A DNA stretch of 64,000 nt from Perna viridis (lineage: Eukaryota): assembly GCA_037379345.1 (NCBI GenBank), contig CM074516.1:8556001-8620000 (forward strand), in the 5' to 3' direction. Of this stretch, positions 11,270 to 22,990 are shown one piece after another (position 1 is the stretch's first letter; the number at the start of each line of letters is the position of its first letter). Made by a program: the position numbers and the translations under genes. The notes below the pieces were generated by a model. That model saw nothing but the letters and a program-made list of their open reading frames with translations. It did no database searches and was not told where the DNA came from.

Positions 11270-11374
11270 TGGTTTTCCAACAGAGCCGAAGAAAAACTGC
11301 GAATTGGTTTTCCAGTAGAGCCAAAGAAAAACTGCGGATTGGTTTTCCAGTAGAGTCAAAGAAAAACTGTGGAT
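11270..11374 (+). repeat. Three tandem 35-bp units in the Gypsy 3' UTR
   Basis: TGGTTTTCCAGTAGAGCCAAAGAAAAACTGCGGAT-like units starting at 11270, 11305 and 11340. Confidence 0.9.
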
Positions 11375-11616
11375 TTATTCAAGTCAGTTCCTTTGATCAA
11401 ATAGTGGATCCTGTTCAGTGATAGTCGTCCAGTATTAAATCATCATATAATTACGTTTCTATGACTTTTATTTCTGATAGCGAGTTTGATGTTATGTCTC
11501 TGGTGACATACATGTAATGGTCAAATCGATTCACCATAGTTACCACTATCAGTGATGTAAAGGGAATTTCAGACAGTTGACTTTAGTCGGAATATGAATT
11601 ACTCCTTTTTAAATTT

Positions 11617-11624
11617 GAGGGAAG
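11617..11624 (+). promoter_or_regulatory. Polypurine tract (degenerate)
   Basis: GAGGGAAG directly before the LTR TG. The inverted copy preserves AAAGAGGGGG. Confidence 0.75.
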
Positions 11625-11962
11625 TGTTGTGGAATTAGGTTAGAACATTCCCATGTAAGTGGCATAACTGTTACGTCGGACCATGAATGAGTCGCACCCC
11701 AGGTTGGGAATTCCCTCGGACCATAGAGGACATGTACCGGTGACGTCACCAGGAGATCGGCTCCAAAATCCCAGCATCCAATTCACTCTCTTCTACACGT
11801 GGTTTCATCGGAGAAGGTTGTGTGTAACATCGCTCCAGAGATATTCCATATTAGGAAGGTAAGGCGTGAGTCTATGTTCAGTACTCTCTCTAATCTCTTA
11901 GAACTTACTCTAACTATATTAAGTCCAACAGCCACACAATAATTATACATAGCACCACAATA
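11625..11962 (+). repeat. 3' LTR (338 bp)
   Basis: Starts TGTTGTGG after the PPT and ends CCACAATA (7/8 terminal inverted repeat). The end coincides exactly with the start of the flanking direct repeat. Confidence 0.8.
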
Positions 11963-12462
11963 CCTAGATGATAGCCCCGATCACGAAGGATTCTATTAAG
12001 CTACTGTGTTGATAACGGAAGGTTTTCATTCACAAGTCGTTTCGAAAGTGGTTAATTGTCCTGCCCCGTGCAAATAGTTGCTTTACTCTTGGTTTATACA
12101 TTCAGCTTGTATATATATGTTAGATACATGTTCATAAAGTCCCTGGTACATATCATTGACCTCCCGGATTATCTTAAACACGACAAATAGCGATTATTTG
12201 CTGACGACAGTATTATATATATACATGTATGCCTATTAAATGGCAGAGTGACTGCCTTAAACTTCAATGTGATCTTGATACAGCAGCAAAATGGGAAAAA
12301 GACTGGCCAATGGCCTTCCACCATGATAAATTCACTGTTCTCTCTGTCTCCAGTAAACAAAAACCCATCAAACACAGTTATTATATTCTCCATAACAACA
12401 CCCTAGAAGTTGTCATATCAGATAAATGTCTTCAGTCTAACCATGTTAAAATGGGACAAGCA
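11963..12462 (+). repeat. Right copy of the long direct repeat
   Basis: Matches 3189-3728. Both copies start CCTAGATGA and end ATGGGACAAGCA. Confidence 0.9.
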
Positions 12463-13227
12463 CACTGATCATTTCAAAAGCCAATAAAACACTCGGATTT
12501 CTCAAAATGAACATGATGACAAACAACCAACCCATCTAAAGTCAAGCATACTTAGCCCTTGTACGTCCCGTAATTGAATATTTCTCCTCAGTTTTGGATC
12601 CTCATTCCCAAGACTCTATTTCGTAGATACTTATTAGATGTATGGTTCAGAGGTGGGCTGCTTAGTACGCCTGTAATAACTACATGTACCACAACACCAA
12701 TAGTTTGTATCTGCTATGCTGAACACACTAAACTGGCCAAAACTACAAGAACGCAGTTTGCGTAGTCGCCTTACAAGTACATGTAATAGTGCATATTGTA
12801 TATTAGATCACACAACTTGTTGCTATACCATCCAGCACAATTCTGAATTCCATCAGATCCAAGAACCAGAAAACATTACGCTCTCACCTTCGGACATGTC
12901 TACACTACTAAAGATTCTTACAGGTTTTCATTTTTCCCATACACTATCACTCAGTGGAACCTACTACTTTTTACAGTTGCCCATTCTACCTTGGTAGACA
13001 TCTTCAGAGAAAGCTTTCATTGTTGTTCTCTCACCTTATTTGATAATCTTTATCTCATGTACATAATTTTAATCACAAATGTCTACTACTTCTGTTCTTT
13101 ACACAATTTTTCTTCATGTAAATATGTTTAATTGCTACACTTCATGTATATAGGTCACACATGCACCTGTGAGTAATCACCTAAACTTAGATGGTTTACC
13201 GGAAAACTGAAAGAAGGAAAAGAAGAA
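12140..13227 (+). mobile_element. 5'-truncated decayed CR1/L2-type LINE (RT C-terminal half and 3' tail)
   Basis: RLFADD; LQCDLD...WEKDW.MAF; AYLALVRPVIEY; VQR.AA; LNWPKLQER; YRFSFFP.TITQWN; GAA-rich tail at ~13210-13227. Confidence 0.85.
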
Positions 13228-16200
13228 CACAGTGACTTTACATAGACCACTCTAATATTCAATCCCTGCTTAACATGATAAAAAAATATTCAGTGTTAAA
13301 GACAGTTAGAATTTGATAAGCAATAGACAATAAATAGACAATGAACAATATTTATTTGCATCACAGTAATGCAACAATACAAGAGCATTAAAATAGTCCT
13401 TAAAGAACTACGTTTATATGCCCATGATTAATATACAAAAATGTAGGATAGATCAAAGACTGAATTCTTCAAAGGCGCTGATCGTCAATTATAATATACC
13501 ACCGGCAAATCGGCGATAAGTTTCATTATATTTTTATATAGAAACATGAGCAAGGAAGCCAACTCCGTTCTCAGTATATTCCTCATTGCATTGTTATACA
13601 GAAAATCCACGTGAAGATAAATTATATGGCTTACTTAAGCTTCGACTCTGTAATGTTCGAGTACATAACAATGTGGCTGTTTTTTTTTTCTAAAACGGAT
13701 CAAGATTTTCTTCTAGTAACTACATAACTTATAAATTATATAGGTCCTGATAATCTATATGACCTATATAGTCAATTGTAACGAACCCATATGTCTGAAT
13801 CGGAAAATGGGTAATGTTCAATGCCAACTGATCATTAATGTAAATTTCCCGTTCTCATACAGGCAAAAAAAAGCACTCGTGGAACACTTATGTATGATAT
13901 TTAAGGGTACATTTTGATCTCGTAATTAGAAGTTAGAACTACGAATAGTTGACGTTAAACACGGCACCGATCCGCAGTTTAATGTGGAGTAATGAATTAT
14001 TTAAGTATGCAAATCATATGCGAATACAAAGTACTGAAAGTACGAGAGCAGAAGTCCCTAACAATATAAGCGACTTAAAAAAGAAAAAAAATAACATATG
14101 TTCCATTCCCGTTAGATATGAGATAACAGCATTCGTTCAGGAATATAAGTGTTAATTTTAGTGTATTAGTACTATTGCTACTTATTATAACGGATAGGTC
14201 CTTTACTGTAAAGTGGGGTTCTGATTTAAAGAAAAAAACGAGCACTTTATTTTTATAGTTTGTCTCGATATATTGTGTATTGAGGGCATGCATACTGAAT
14301 TGAAGTGATGTTTTTATCTTCGATGTCAACACTATCACATATGACAGGCAAATACGATTATCTCATTTTTTCTGTTGTTGTTAATATTTTTTGTATCATG
14401 ACTTGTTACTCCTATATTCTGTTTTTGTTTTGTTTTGTTTTGTGTGTTTGTTTTTGTTTGTTTGATTTTTTGTTTGTTTCTTTTCGTCCCATTTTCATTC
14501 TTGACATATGAAGTTTCATAAATGGCTTCGTTAGACCAAAAAAAAAAACATAAGTACTACTTCATATAAAGAACAAAACAGTTTTAAATCTCTCCATTTC
14601 GATCTCAAACACAAAAAGAAAAAGGAAAATTGAAGATTCTAGAAAACAAATAGAAAGTCCAAGTAAATATATACAGGTGGACAAATCAAGGTTATCTTCT
14701 TCTTTGATATAAACAAACAAGACAAACGTTGTAACGCGAATTTTTTTTGAAGTCTAGGAAACTGATCTCAATGGGATTTCGTAATATGAAAACCTTCTTG
14801 AAGTGATATGAATTTTACGGAAAAATAATACTTTTTCATTTACAGCCATTGGCATTTTTTATCTTGCATTATTTAAATTTTCATATATATACTAACATAT
14901 CATGGGAATTAAGAATATGCATAAGACATTTAATGATATTCCATTGAACTTTTTTAAAAAGATGTGCATGTAGGATTGTTCTATTTGTTTCCATTAGGCA
15001 TTCAATATTAGTTGTTGTACTATGAATACCGGAATTTCTTTTATGAATTCAAGTGCAAGTGTTCATAGGATTCTGATTTACTGATTTTTTTCCAGCTCCC
15101 CAGATCTCACTTCCGTATCAGACAACGTGTACTACTAAATTGTCAAAAAGATGATCAACGGACAGAGTGAATGAGATTAAAGTAGAAATGAAGAGGTAGA
15201 GGAGAAAAGAAATTATCAAGAATATGAAACACCTAATGGGTGACGGCCATGTAAAAAAGGTTGTTTGACTATTTCAGTTTAAACCAGGCCTTCACCCCTC
15301 CTCTTCTCCATTAAATTACCCTTAGAGCTAATTGTTATTCCAAGATAATAGCTAGTATATGATTTCACTGTCTCATGGATCTTGAAATAATTGAGAAAAG
15401 ATTAATCATTTGAATTTCAATTGGCATTTTCTACACTTGGAAGGAAATCTTTGACTATGCTTATGAGCCTCGAACTGTCGGCAAACGAAATAGAATTATG
15501 ATTGCCCAGACCATACTGTTTCTACATGGATCAAGATTATTAACTACGATTATTATGTACGATCCCGGTACAGAAACAGCTAGTTTTTTTTTTCAGGAAA
15601 ACAGTTTATAAATGACGGCTGGTAGTGGGGACATTCAGAGTTGATTGTTTCACTTTATTGCATGGTTTGTACAGACACTTGATGTTAAGTAGTATTATAC
15701 AGTCCCGGGTTTGTATTTTCATTACTCATGTTAAAACATTTAAATACGCACTTAAGGTTTCAGTATCGTATTCATTTTCCCATAGACTTCTATAGTGAAG
15801 TGCATATTTTTAGGATTTTTTTAAAAAATATGTAAATTCATTCAATAAAACTTTCACTTATGTAGCATTTCTAAGGACATATGAAAAAAATAATTTCCCG
15901 CAGAGAAAATAGGGTGAGTCCACGAAGATAGGACAGAAAAGTAGTCTTGAACTATAAAAACCCATTTTCTCTACTTTCACTTTCGCTTTGCACTCATTAA
16001 ACCTACCTTTTCAGTGGAACATTTTTATGTCATTATGATAGATTTTCTTCTAAAAAGTTTGTCATCTTATAGTGTGATGTTTGCTCTATTTTATGAGTCA
16101 TTGTTCATACCTTTTGATATAACATTAGTTTGTAGAGAGGCAAAAAAAAAAATAAAATGCACTACATTTTTATAGCATCCATGTTTTGACGTACACCCGC

Positions 16201-18275
16201 TCAGGGATATGCAATGCGATACTGGTATCTTTATGCGTATATAATATATGACACTGGAGTATATACCTTTATTTCATATCAGTGAAAAAATCATAAATTT
16301 CAATTGGATAAAACCTTTTCACGTGGTATTATAATTAATCTGCAGTAAAAAGTTTTACCAGTCAGTACCATGCTGTGATAATGCCCGATTACGAGTTGCA
16401 CCCCCTTATTCAAACGCATTCATGATCAAACAGTTGTCAATGTAAATATGACAAGCCGTACGTCTGCTTCTGACGCAGAAACGTTTTGCATTGCCTTCTT
16501 ACAAAAAATCAAGGTTATGGTTCCTCAATAAAATACACATAATAGTCTGACGGCACACATTTATACATGTATTTGAACAACAAATTACCCGCGGTCTATA
16601 CTCTATACGTGAAATAAATTATCCGGGAGTCTATCTCACAGCACACCTTTATACGTATAATGAATAAACGGAAAGTCTCGATCATGAAACTCTATTATAC
16701 TCTCAGCATGCAAAACATCTTATTAAATGTCGTTACAATTTCACAAAGTCACTGCATTTCATTTCGTTGGTCATTAAACTTCGATACTCTACAATATTTA
16801 TATGTACCATAATAGAATATATCAACTTAGAATTTTACAAACAGCCAGGGAATTCTTGTTATCACAAATTACTAAAAAAAAAGCTATGATAGAAAGTTTC
16901 TTCTGAGACATGTTTCAACACACTTTTGCATATTTAGTTAAAACTTGTTTATAGACACTTATGCATATTCTGTTTTGTTTCCAGAAGTAACAGTTAAGTG
17001 TAAGAGTCGTTTGTTTTAGTTTTTTTTTTCGCTCTATACGTATAGTCCATGGGCTTGGATGGTCCACCATGCACCCCTAGTTGTCGACTTTGTAATGATT
17101 ATCAGGTATTTGTACTTTACATCCCGATTATCGAATTAATTTGTAGCCAAAGAATATTCGCGGATTCTTTATCGGTATAAGCCTAGAATATTTGTACCCC
17201 ATAGACACAGGAAGCCAAGATTTTGTGAGTCAATTATTCGAATGTCTAAGTCCTCCTATGACATCACTTGTAAAGAAACTAAATATAAATAGGTGTCATT
17301 ATGTCACCTAATGTCTCAGCTTTTAAATTTTACCATAATAATTGTAGTAACATTTCGGAGTAAAATGAAAAATACGTACCCTTACCCAACCGGAAAATTG
17401 CTTTAATTGACACTTTTTTTCAATGTGAAATCCTTACTGTATTTACACTTTGGTAAAAATGGTTTCTTTGGTATTTTCTGTTTAATACTATCACAATTGA
17501 AACTTCGGGATGCTTTTGAAGACTGTAAGAAAATTGCAAAAATGGGATTTTCAATTTTCCCATAAGAAGTTGCATAAATTCGACTCGACAATCTAGTGCA
17601 CAAACAAAACGCCTCAAATTTAGTATCGGATGCTTGGGTCAATCACCGGATGAGGCTGCATGACATCAAGATCGGAAACATGGTTTTTCAATAGGACATC
17701 TGGTCTAGCAAGTTACCAATATATAAGACTACTTATTATGACCATTCCGACTCTTAATAAAAACAACCGACAACCAAACAAGTGTCTACATGAACAATAA
17801 AAGCTATCCCTAATAATTACATTCACATCACTATAATTACGGTCCGTTTGATCCAAGACCACTTTTGCAATATCATTTTGCACTTCGACTTTGTGCCGAG
17901 AATTTGCTCCCAGAATTTTCACTCCAAACTTGTACCCGGAATTGTCACCGGAGTTTTAAAGGAAAAAAGGGAGGAAAATATAACAAGAGAAGATTTCGGA
18001 AAGAGGAATACTGAAAACGCAGATTATGAAATATCTTATGGATGCAATGACAACACCAAAAGTATAGGAAACCTTTCAAGCCAATAAAACAATAACAAAT
18101 AACATAAATGTGATGAATTAAATTGACAAAAATCCAAGACGGATGAGTCACGGCCATCGCCACTATACATCACCTTCTTCATTACATACAAAAACCTCTT
18201 GGATTTCATCACACTCAAACTAAACTCTATTCTATACCTCTCACTCTACTACACCCCCTTTACAAAACAAGTCTT

Positions 18276-18713
18276 GCGCTAGAACTCTAACAAATAGGCT
18301 TCTAGAACAGGGTTATGTTGTTACAGGATTGAAGTCATCACTAAAGAAGTTTTATGGTAGTCATCATGAACTCGTGGATCGTTATGGTGTATCCATCTGC
18401 ACTATGAAAATGGATTTATTCAACGGGTCATAGTTTTCCTTTCCTCGTTTTTCTACCCCAGACTTTACTTTTTATGAGCAACTCGGCGGGTGTTTCTAGA
18501 AAAGCAGAGGACGCTTACCATACCGGTGCACCTGGTCCATGCTCCCAGTTTTTAGTGGAGTCCGAGTGGATCGTTTGCTTTTGTTACTTTGTATGTATGA
18601 TTTTAGTTACTTTATGTTCTTTGTTGTGTATGTCTGTTATCCATGTCTGGTCTTTGTCCTTACATTACATTCTTTTGATTACCGCTATAACCTTGGTTCC
18701 CTTGATTACTCTT
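18276..18713 (+). mobile_element. PLE family A, 5'-truncated copy
   Basis: RT-thumb end (..QGYV.TGLKSSLKKFYGSHHELVDRYG..) followed by the shared ~290-nt 3' region ending CCCTTGATTACTCTT. Confidence 0.9.
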
Positions 18714-18920
18714 GGACACTCCTGTTTCTGAACCTACCCCATCATTATATAGACTTATGACCATCATAAGTCACAAACTAAATTCCCTCGTATTTCAAAG
18801 ACAAATTAATACCAATTATTTCATATTCCTATACACCTATTTTCCCTTCATTACCCTTTCAATTATAAAAGGCTATTGCAGGACCTGTGGATTGAGACCT
18901 TCAAGGCTAAATCACCTTGC

Positions 18921-19276
18921 AAAGAGTAATCAAGGGAACCAAGGTTGTTGTGGTAATCAAAAGAATGTAATTCAAGGACAAAGACCAGACTGCTTTTCTA
19001 GTAAAACCTGCCGAGTTGCTCATAAAAAAAGTCAAGTCCGGGGTAGACAAACGAGGAAAGGAAAACTATGACCGGTTGAATAAATCAGTTTTTATAGTGC
19101 TGATGGATACACAATAACGATCCACGAGTTCATGATGACGACCATAAAACTTCTGTAGTGATGACTTTAATCTTGTAGCAACATAACCCTGTTCCAGAAG
19201 CCTATTTGTTAGAGTCCTAGCGCGATACAAAAAGTCTGCGTAGTTTCGGCAAGCTCTGGCATAACGTATGAGTTGT
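18921..19276 (-). mobile_element. PLE family A, 5'-truncated copy with internal deletion
   Basis: Reverse-complement match to family A. The deletion near 18990 removes most of the 3' structured region. Confidence 0.88.
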
Positions 19277-20106
19277 AAGTTGTTGCAAAAACTCCCAATT
19301 TAAGTATGAATACAACAACTTAAAAATCCATGATTATTCAACTCTTTATACTTCTATTGACATTATACAATGTTGTTACTCAAAAGAAAAGGTACACCTA
19401 GATACAAATATGTAGTATAGATTCCTCATACTTTGAAAAAAAAACCAATTCCAAATCATCTTCCAAATATACCAAAGACGATGTTTACAAAATACTGGAA
19501 TATTTGTTTGACAACATATTCGTCCAGTGTGGTGGACGCGTTTTTCAACAAACGGTCGGCATCGCAATGGTAACAAACTTTGCTCCTCTAATTGCTGACA
19601 CCTTAACACATGAAAACTGACAACAACATAAGACTACATATTATGACAACTCAGACTACTATCATAATCAACCGGCAATTCAGCATGTGTCTACATGGAC
19701 AATAAAATCCATCCCTAATTATTAACTTCACACCACGATACTTACAGACCAAGACTACTTTAGTAACAGCATTTTGCACCTAGATTTTACAAAGAGGATT
19801 TGCACCTAGGATTCGTTTCCATAAATTTCACCTTGAATTTTATCACAATTTTCACCCGTTATGGTCACCGGAGTCTTGCACCGGACCTTTGCACCCAAAC
19901 AGCAAACATGTACCAACCATCTAGGACTGTAGATTTCATGAAACATTAACATAAATAAATTATTCAACTACTAACTGTTGCGCTTTCTGAAATCCCTCTT
20001 ACATATTTTCCATCGTTTCAAAAGTTGTCGCGTTGAAGACTTCAGTATTTATTAGCAGACGTAATCAAAACCCTCTGTTTCCGGTACCGATGAGTGTTTT
20101 TATTAC

Positions 20107-20928
20107 AAAAGTAATAAAGGGAACGAGGATTCTAGCGGTAATCAAAAGAATGTAATCCAGGGACAGAGACCAGACATGCACAACAAAGAACATAAAGTAA
20201 GTAAAATAATACATACAAAGTAACAAAAGCAAATGAGCAACTTGGACTCCACCAAAACTGGGAGCATGGAATAGGAGCACCGGTAGGGTAAGCGTCCTCT
20301 GCCGATTTGCTCATAAAAAGTCAAGTGTCAGGTAGACGAAAGAGGAAAGGAAAACTATGACACGTTGAACAAATCAGTTTTCATGGCGCAGATGGGTACA
20401 ACGTAACGATCCACGAGTTCATGATGACGACCAGTAAACTTTTGTATTGATGACTTCAATCTTTTAGCAACATAACCCTGTTTCAAAAGCCTACTTGTTA
20501 GAAGTCTAGCGCGAGATAAAAAAAGTCCGCTTAGTTTCGGCAGGCTCTGGAATAACGTATGAGTTGTGATATGAACACTCCATACGCAGGTCTTGAAGGG
20601 ATGTTGCCACAGATGAAAGGAATGTTGGCAATTTCGAATGAGAAGTCACCACTATTGTCGTAAAGTTTGGTCGATAGTTTTCCCTCACCATCGATTTCTA
20701 AGTGTAGGTCAAGATATGAGGCTGACTTCACAATGTCTGTAGTATACTTTATCTCAAGTTCTTTGGGGTAGATGCGATAAAATCCCCGAAATTAGGATTG
20801 TTTAAAGATAATACGTCATCTACATAGCAGAAACTGATATTAAAGGATCTAGCCAAACGATATTCTTTCTTTCGGATTTGATCAGCTATAAAGTCAGCCT
20901 TATAAGAGTGAAGGAATAGGTCAGCAAG
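20107..20928 (-). mobile_element. PLE family A, 5'-truncated copy
   Basis: SASYLDLHLEIDGEGKLSTKLYD..GNIPSRPAYGVFISQLIRYSRAC plus the shared 3' region. Confidence 0.92.
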
Positions 20929-22189
20929 CTACGGTCTGGTCAATTTGTTAAAACATAAACTACTCCGACTATTTCTGAGTAAATAATTTTCAAAGGTTTA
21001 ATTTCACATTAGAAAAAAAAAATTCAAGTAAGTTAAAAAAAAGTTCAAACATCACTTTATATAAAGCAGCAATTAACCAAACGAAAAAGCTGCGATTGTA
21101 TATTGCAAGTATAGAGTTCGATGTAATAGTATAACTTACTGAATTAGTCTTCGTCATGCTGGTATGCACAGACGACCATTCAGCTTTGTGTACCGGAATA
21201 TTTTTCCATGGTAGTGTTGTTACCTTTAATTTTTACCACAGAACTCAGACGGACAGTCGTTTTATGTGAGGGTGGAGATATGTCGAGAAATACAACTATT
21301 AAACGAGAAGAAGACCCAATATAAGCAAATGAGTGTAGTTTCAAAAAGGCAAAACATGTAACACTGATGTCTATCAGCAGATAGAAGGCGTGTAATTGAT
21401 TTAAATAGCTCTCCATGTTTACCAAATATAAATTTGTTTGTAAGCATACGAATGTGGGACAATTACATGTACATTTGTATGTTTCAGTGTAATCAAACTA
21501 AGACATAATACAGGAACGTGAGAAATCAATCATTAAGTAGTCAAAAGATCACTTAACAGTTTGATTCATGGTAAACATGGTGTTTAGATCTTCTCAACAG
21601 GGAAGTTCAGACAAGCAAATTTGATAGTGCCGTTCAAATTTAGGATTTGATGTGACATTTGAAGCAAGCAGACAAGACAGGCTTGATCATTTCTTCAATT
21701 TGCAGACATTAAATACGTACACTAACTGACGTTCGAGTATAATGAAGGACCAGTTAGCCTGTAATCTATTATTTATCTAATTTGTTTTTCAGAACTTTTA
21801 AAATGTAAATGTGACAATAGCTGATAGAATAACAGCAAAATGCTTTATCTTGGAATTAAAGGTAGAATACATTTACAGCAAAATGCGTAGATTAAACGCG
21901 TTACATGCATAATCTGTTTGAAACTTGCAGCTATATATATATACTTTCTGTGTAAAGTTTAGTATAGTTTAGTAGAAACACAGCCTAGACAGTCATGCCA
22001 TTAATAAAATTATGCTTTTCTTTCAAACGCATTCCGAACAATTCAAGGAAAATGTACAAGGAAGCGTGTACCAGATTGGTTGTCATGTGTGATGTGCATT
22101 GAGTATGCAAATAGTCTTCATGAGATTTCTTACGGTAAATTAGTGATGCACAATTTAACACCTTGTAAAAATAAATATGATGATGTATA

Positions 22190-22990
22190 ATTAAGAAATT
22201 AAACCGGGAAACTCCATTTTGTCATTGTTTTACCACGGGCTGACCATTATCATTATCGTCATCATGAACTCGTGGGTCGTTATGGTGTATCCATCAGCAC
22301 CATGAAAACTGATGTATTCAACGGGTCATAGTTTTCCTTTCCTCGTTTGTCTACCCCGGACTTGACTTTTTATGAGCAACTCGGCGGGTGTTTCTAGAAA
22401 AGCAGAGGACGCTTACCCTACCGGTGCACCTGGTCCATGCTCCCAGTTTTTAGTGGAGTCCGAGTTGCTCATTTACTTTTGTTACTTTGTATGTATGATT
22501 TTAGTTACTTTAGGTTCTTTGTTGTGAATGTCTGTTTTCCATGTCTGGTCCTTGTCCCTGGATTACATTCTTTTGATTACCGCTATAACCTTGGTTCCCT
22601 TGATCACTCTTTAAACCGCAATATTTTATCCCAAGCGATAGCGAGGGGTAAAATATCGGCATAAATGGTCAGCCGTGGTAAAACAATGATAAAATGGAGT
22701 TTCCGTAATTTATTTCGATTCTAATAGGACAATAACGGTACTTGTTTACATTTTCGTGACCTATTTTTACGATAGCCTTAGACCAGCCATATGTGTCCAT
22801 ATTTAGCTGTACGCTGTCATTTGAAATGGTCGCTATTGAGATTTTTACGGAATATCGTATAACTGTTCTAAAACATAATGTTGAACTTTAATATTTTTAT
22901 TAAATATGAATTTGATGTTCATTCACGCAACTGAAATTAATGAAAACAGCTGATACACATCGGAATGTTACGTGTGTTTGTTTACCTTAT
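22190..22990. mobile_element. Foldback/MITE-like non-autonomous element hosting a PLE insertion
   Basis: Arms GAAACTCCATTTT..GCTGACCATT (~22208-22248) and AATGGTCAGC..AAAATGGAGTTTC (~22664-22703). A related copy in opposite orientation lies at ~47305-47630. Confidence 0.6.
22256..22612 (+). mobile_element. PLE family A, 5'-truncated copy
   Basis: HHELVGRYGVSISTMKTDVFNGS* plus the shared 3' region. Confidence 0.9.

Larger units (their letters stand above)
3728..11962 (+). mobile_element. Decayed Ty3/Gypsy LTR retrotransposon, 5' LTR missing or rearranged
   Basis: Domain order gag-PR-RT-RH-IN, with a PPT and a 3' LTR. Many stops and frameshifts. Confidence 0.95.
17717..19960 (+). mobile_element. 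Older Penelope-like element (family B), fragmented and interrupted by two younger PLE copies
   Basis: TKLYSIPL (~18218), YFKD..IPIISYSYT..FNYK (~18790-18870), DYSTLYTSI (~19332), LEYLFDNIFVQCGGRVFQQTVGIAMVTNFAPLIAD (~19490-19600). 17720-17960 resembles 19620-19900, as expected for pLTR-like ends. Confidence 0.6.

Noticed and set aside
11270-11374. CRISPR-like array
   Set aside because: Contiguous tandem units without unique spacers, in a eukaryotic context with no cas genes.
3728-11791. DIRS-type element suggested by inverted termini
   Set aside because: It encodes a DDE integrase and an aspartic protease. No tyrosine recombinase or methyltransferase is seen.
13901-17385. Kolobok-like element with TTAA and AGGGTAC termini
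   Set aside because: Only a ~7-bp inverted match and an imperfect TSD; insufficient support.
18474-18760. Recurrent ORFs MSNSAGVSRKAEDAY.. and MLPVFSGVRVAHLLLL.. (also at 22437, 35294, 43928, 54073, 57522)
   Set aside because: They are readings of the repeated PLE 3' non-coding region. Recurrence reflects copy number, and the hydrophobicity comes from T-rich sequence.
22372-22472. SECIS element in the PLE 3' hairpin (starts ATGA)
   Set aside because: ATGA is Watson-Crick paired with TCAT rather than forming a GA/GA quartet, and there is no AA at the expected 11-13 nt distance.
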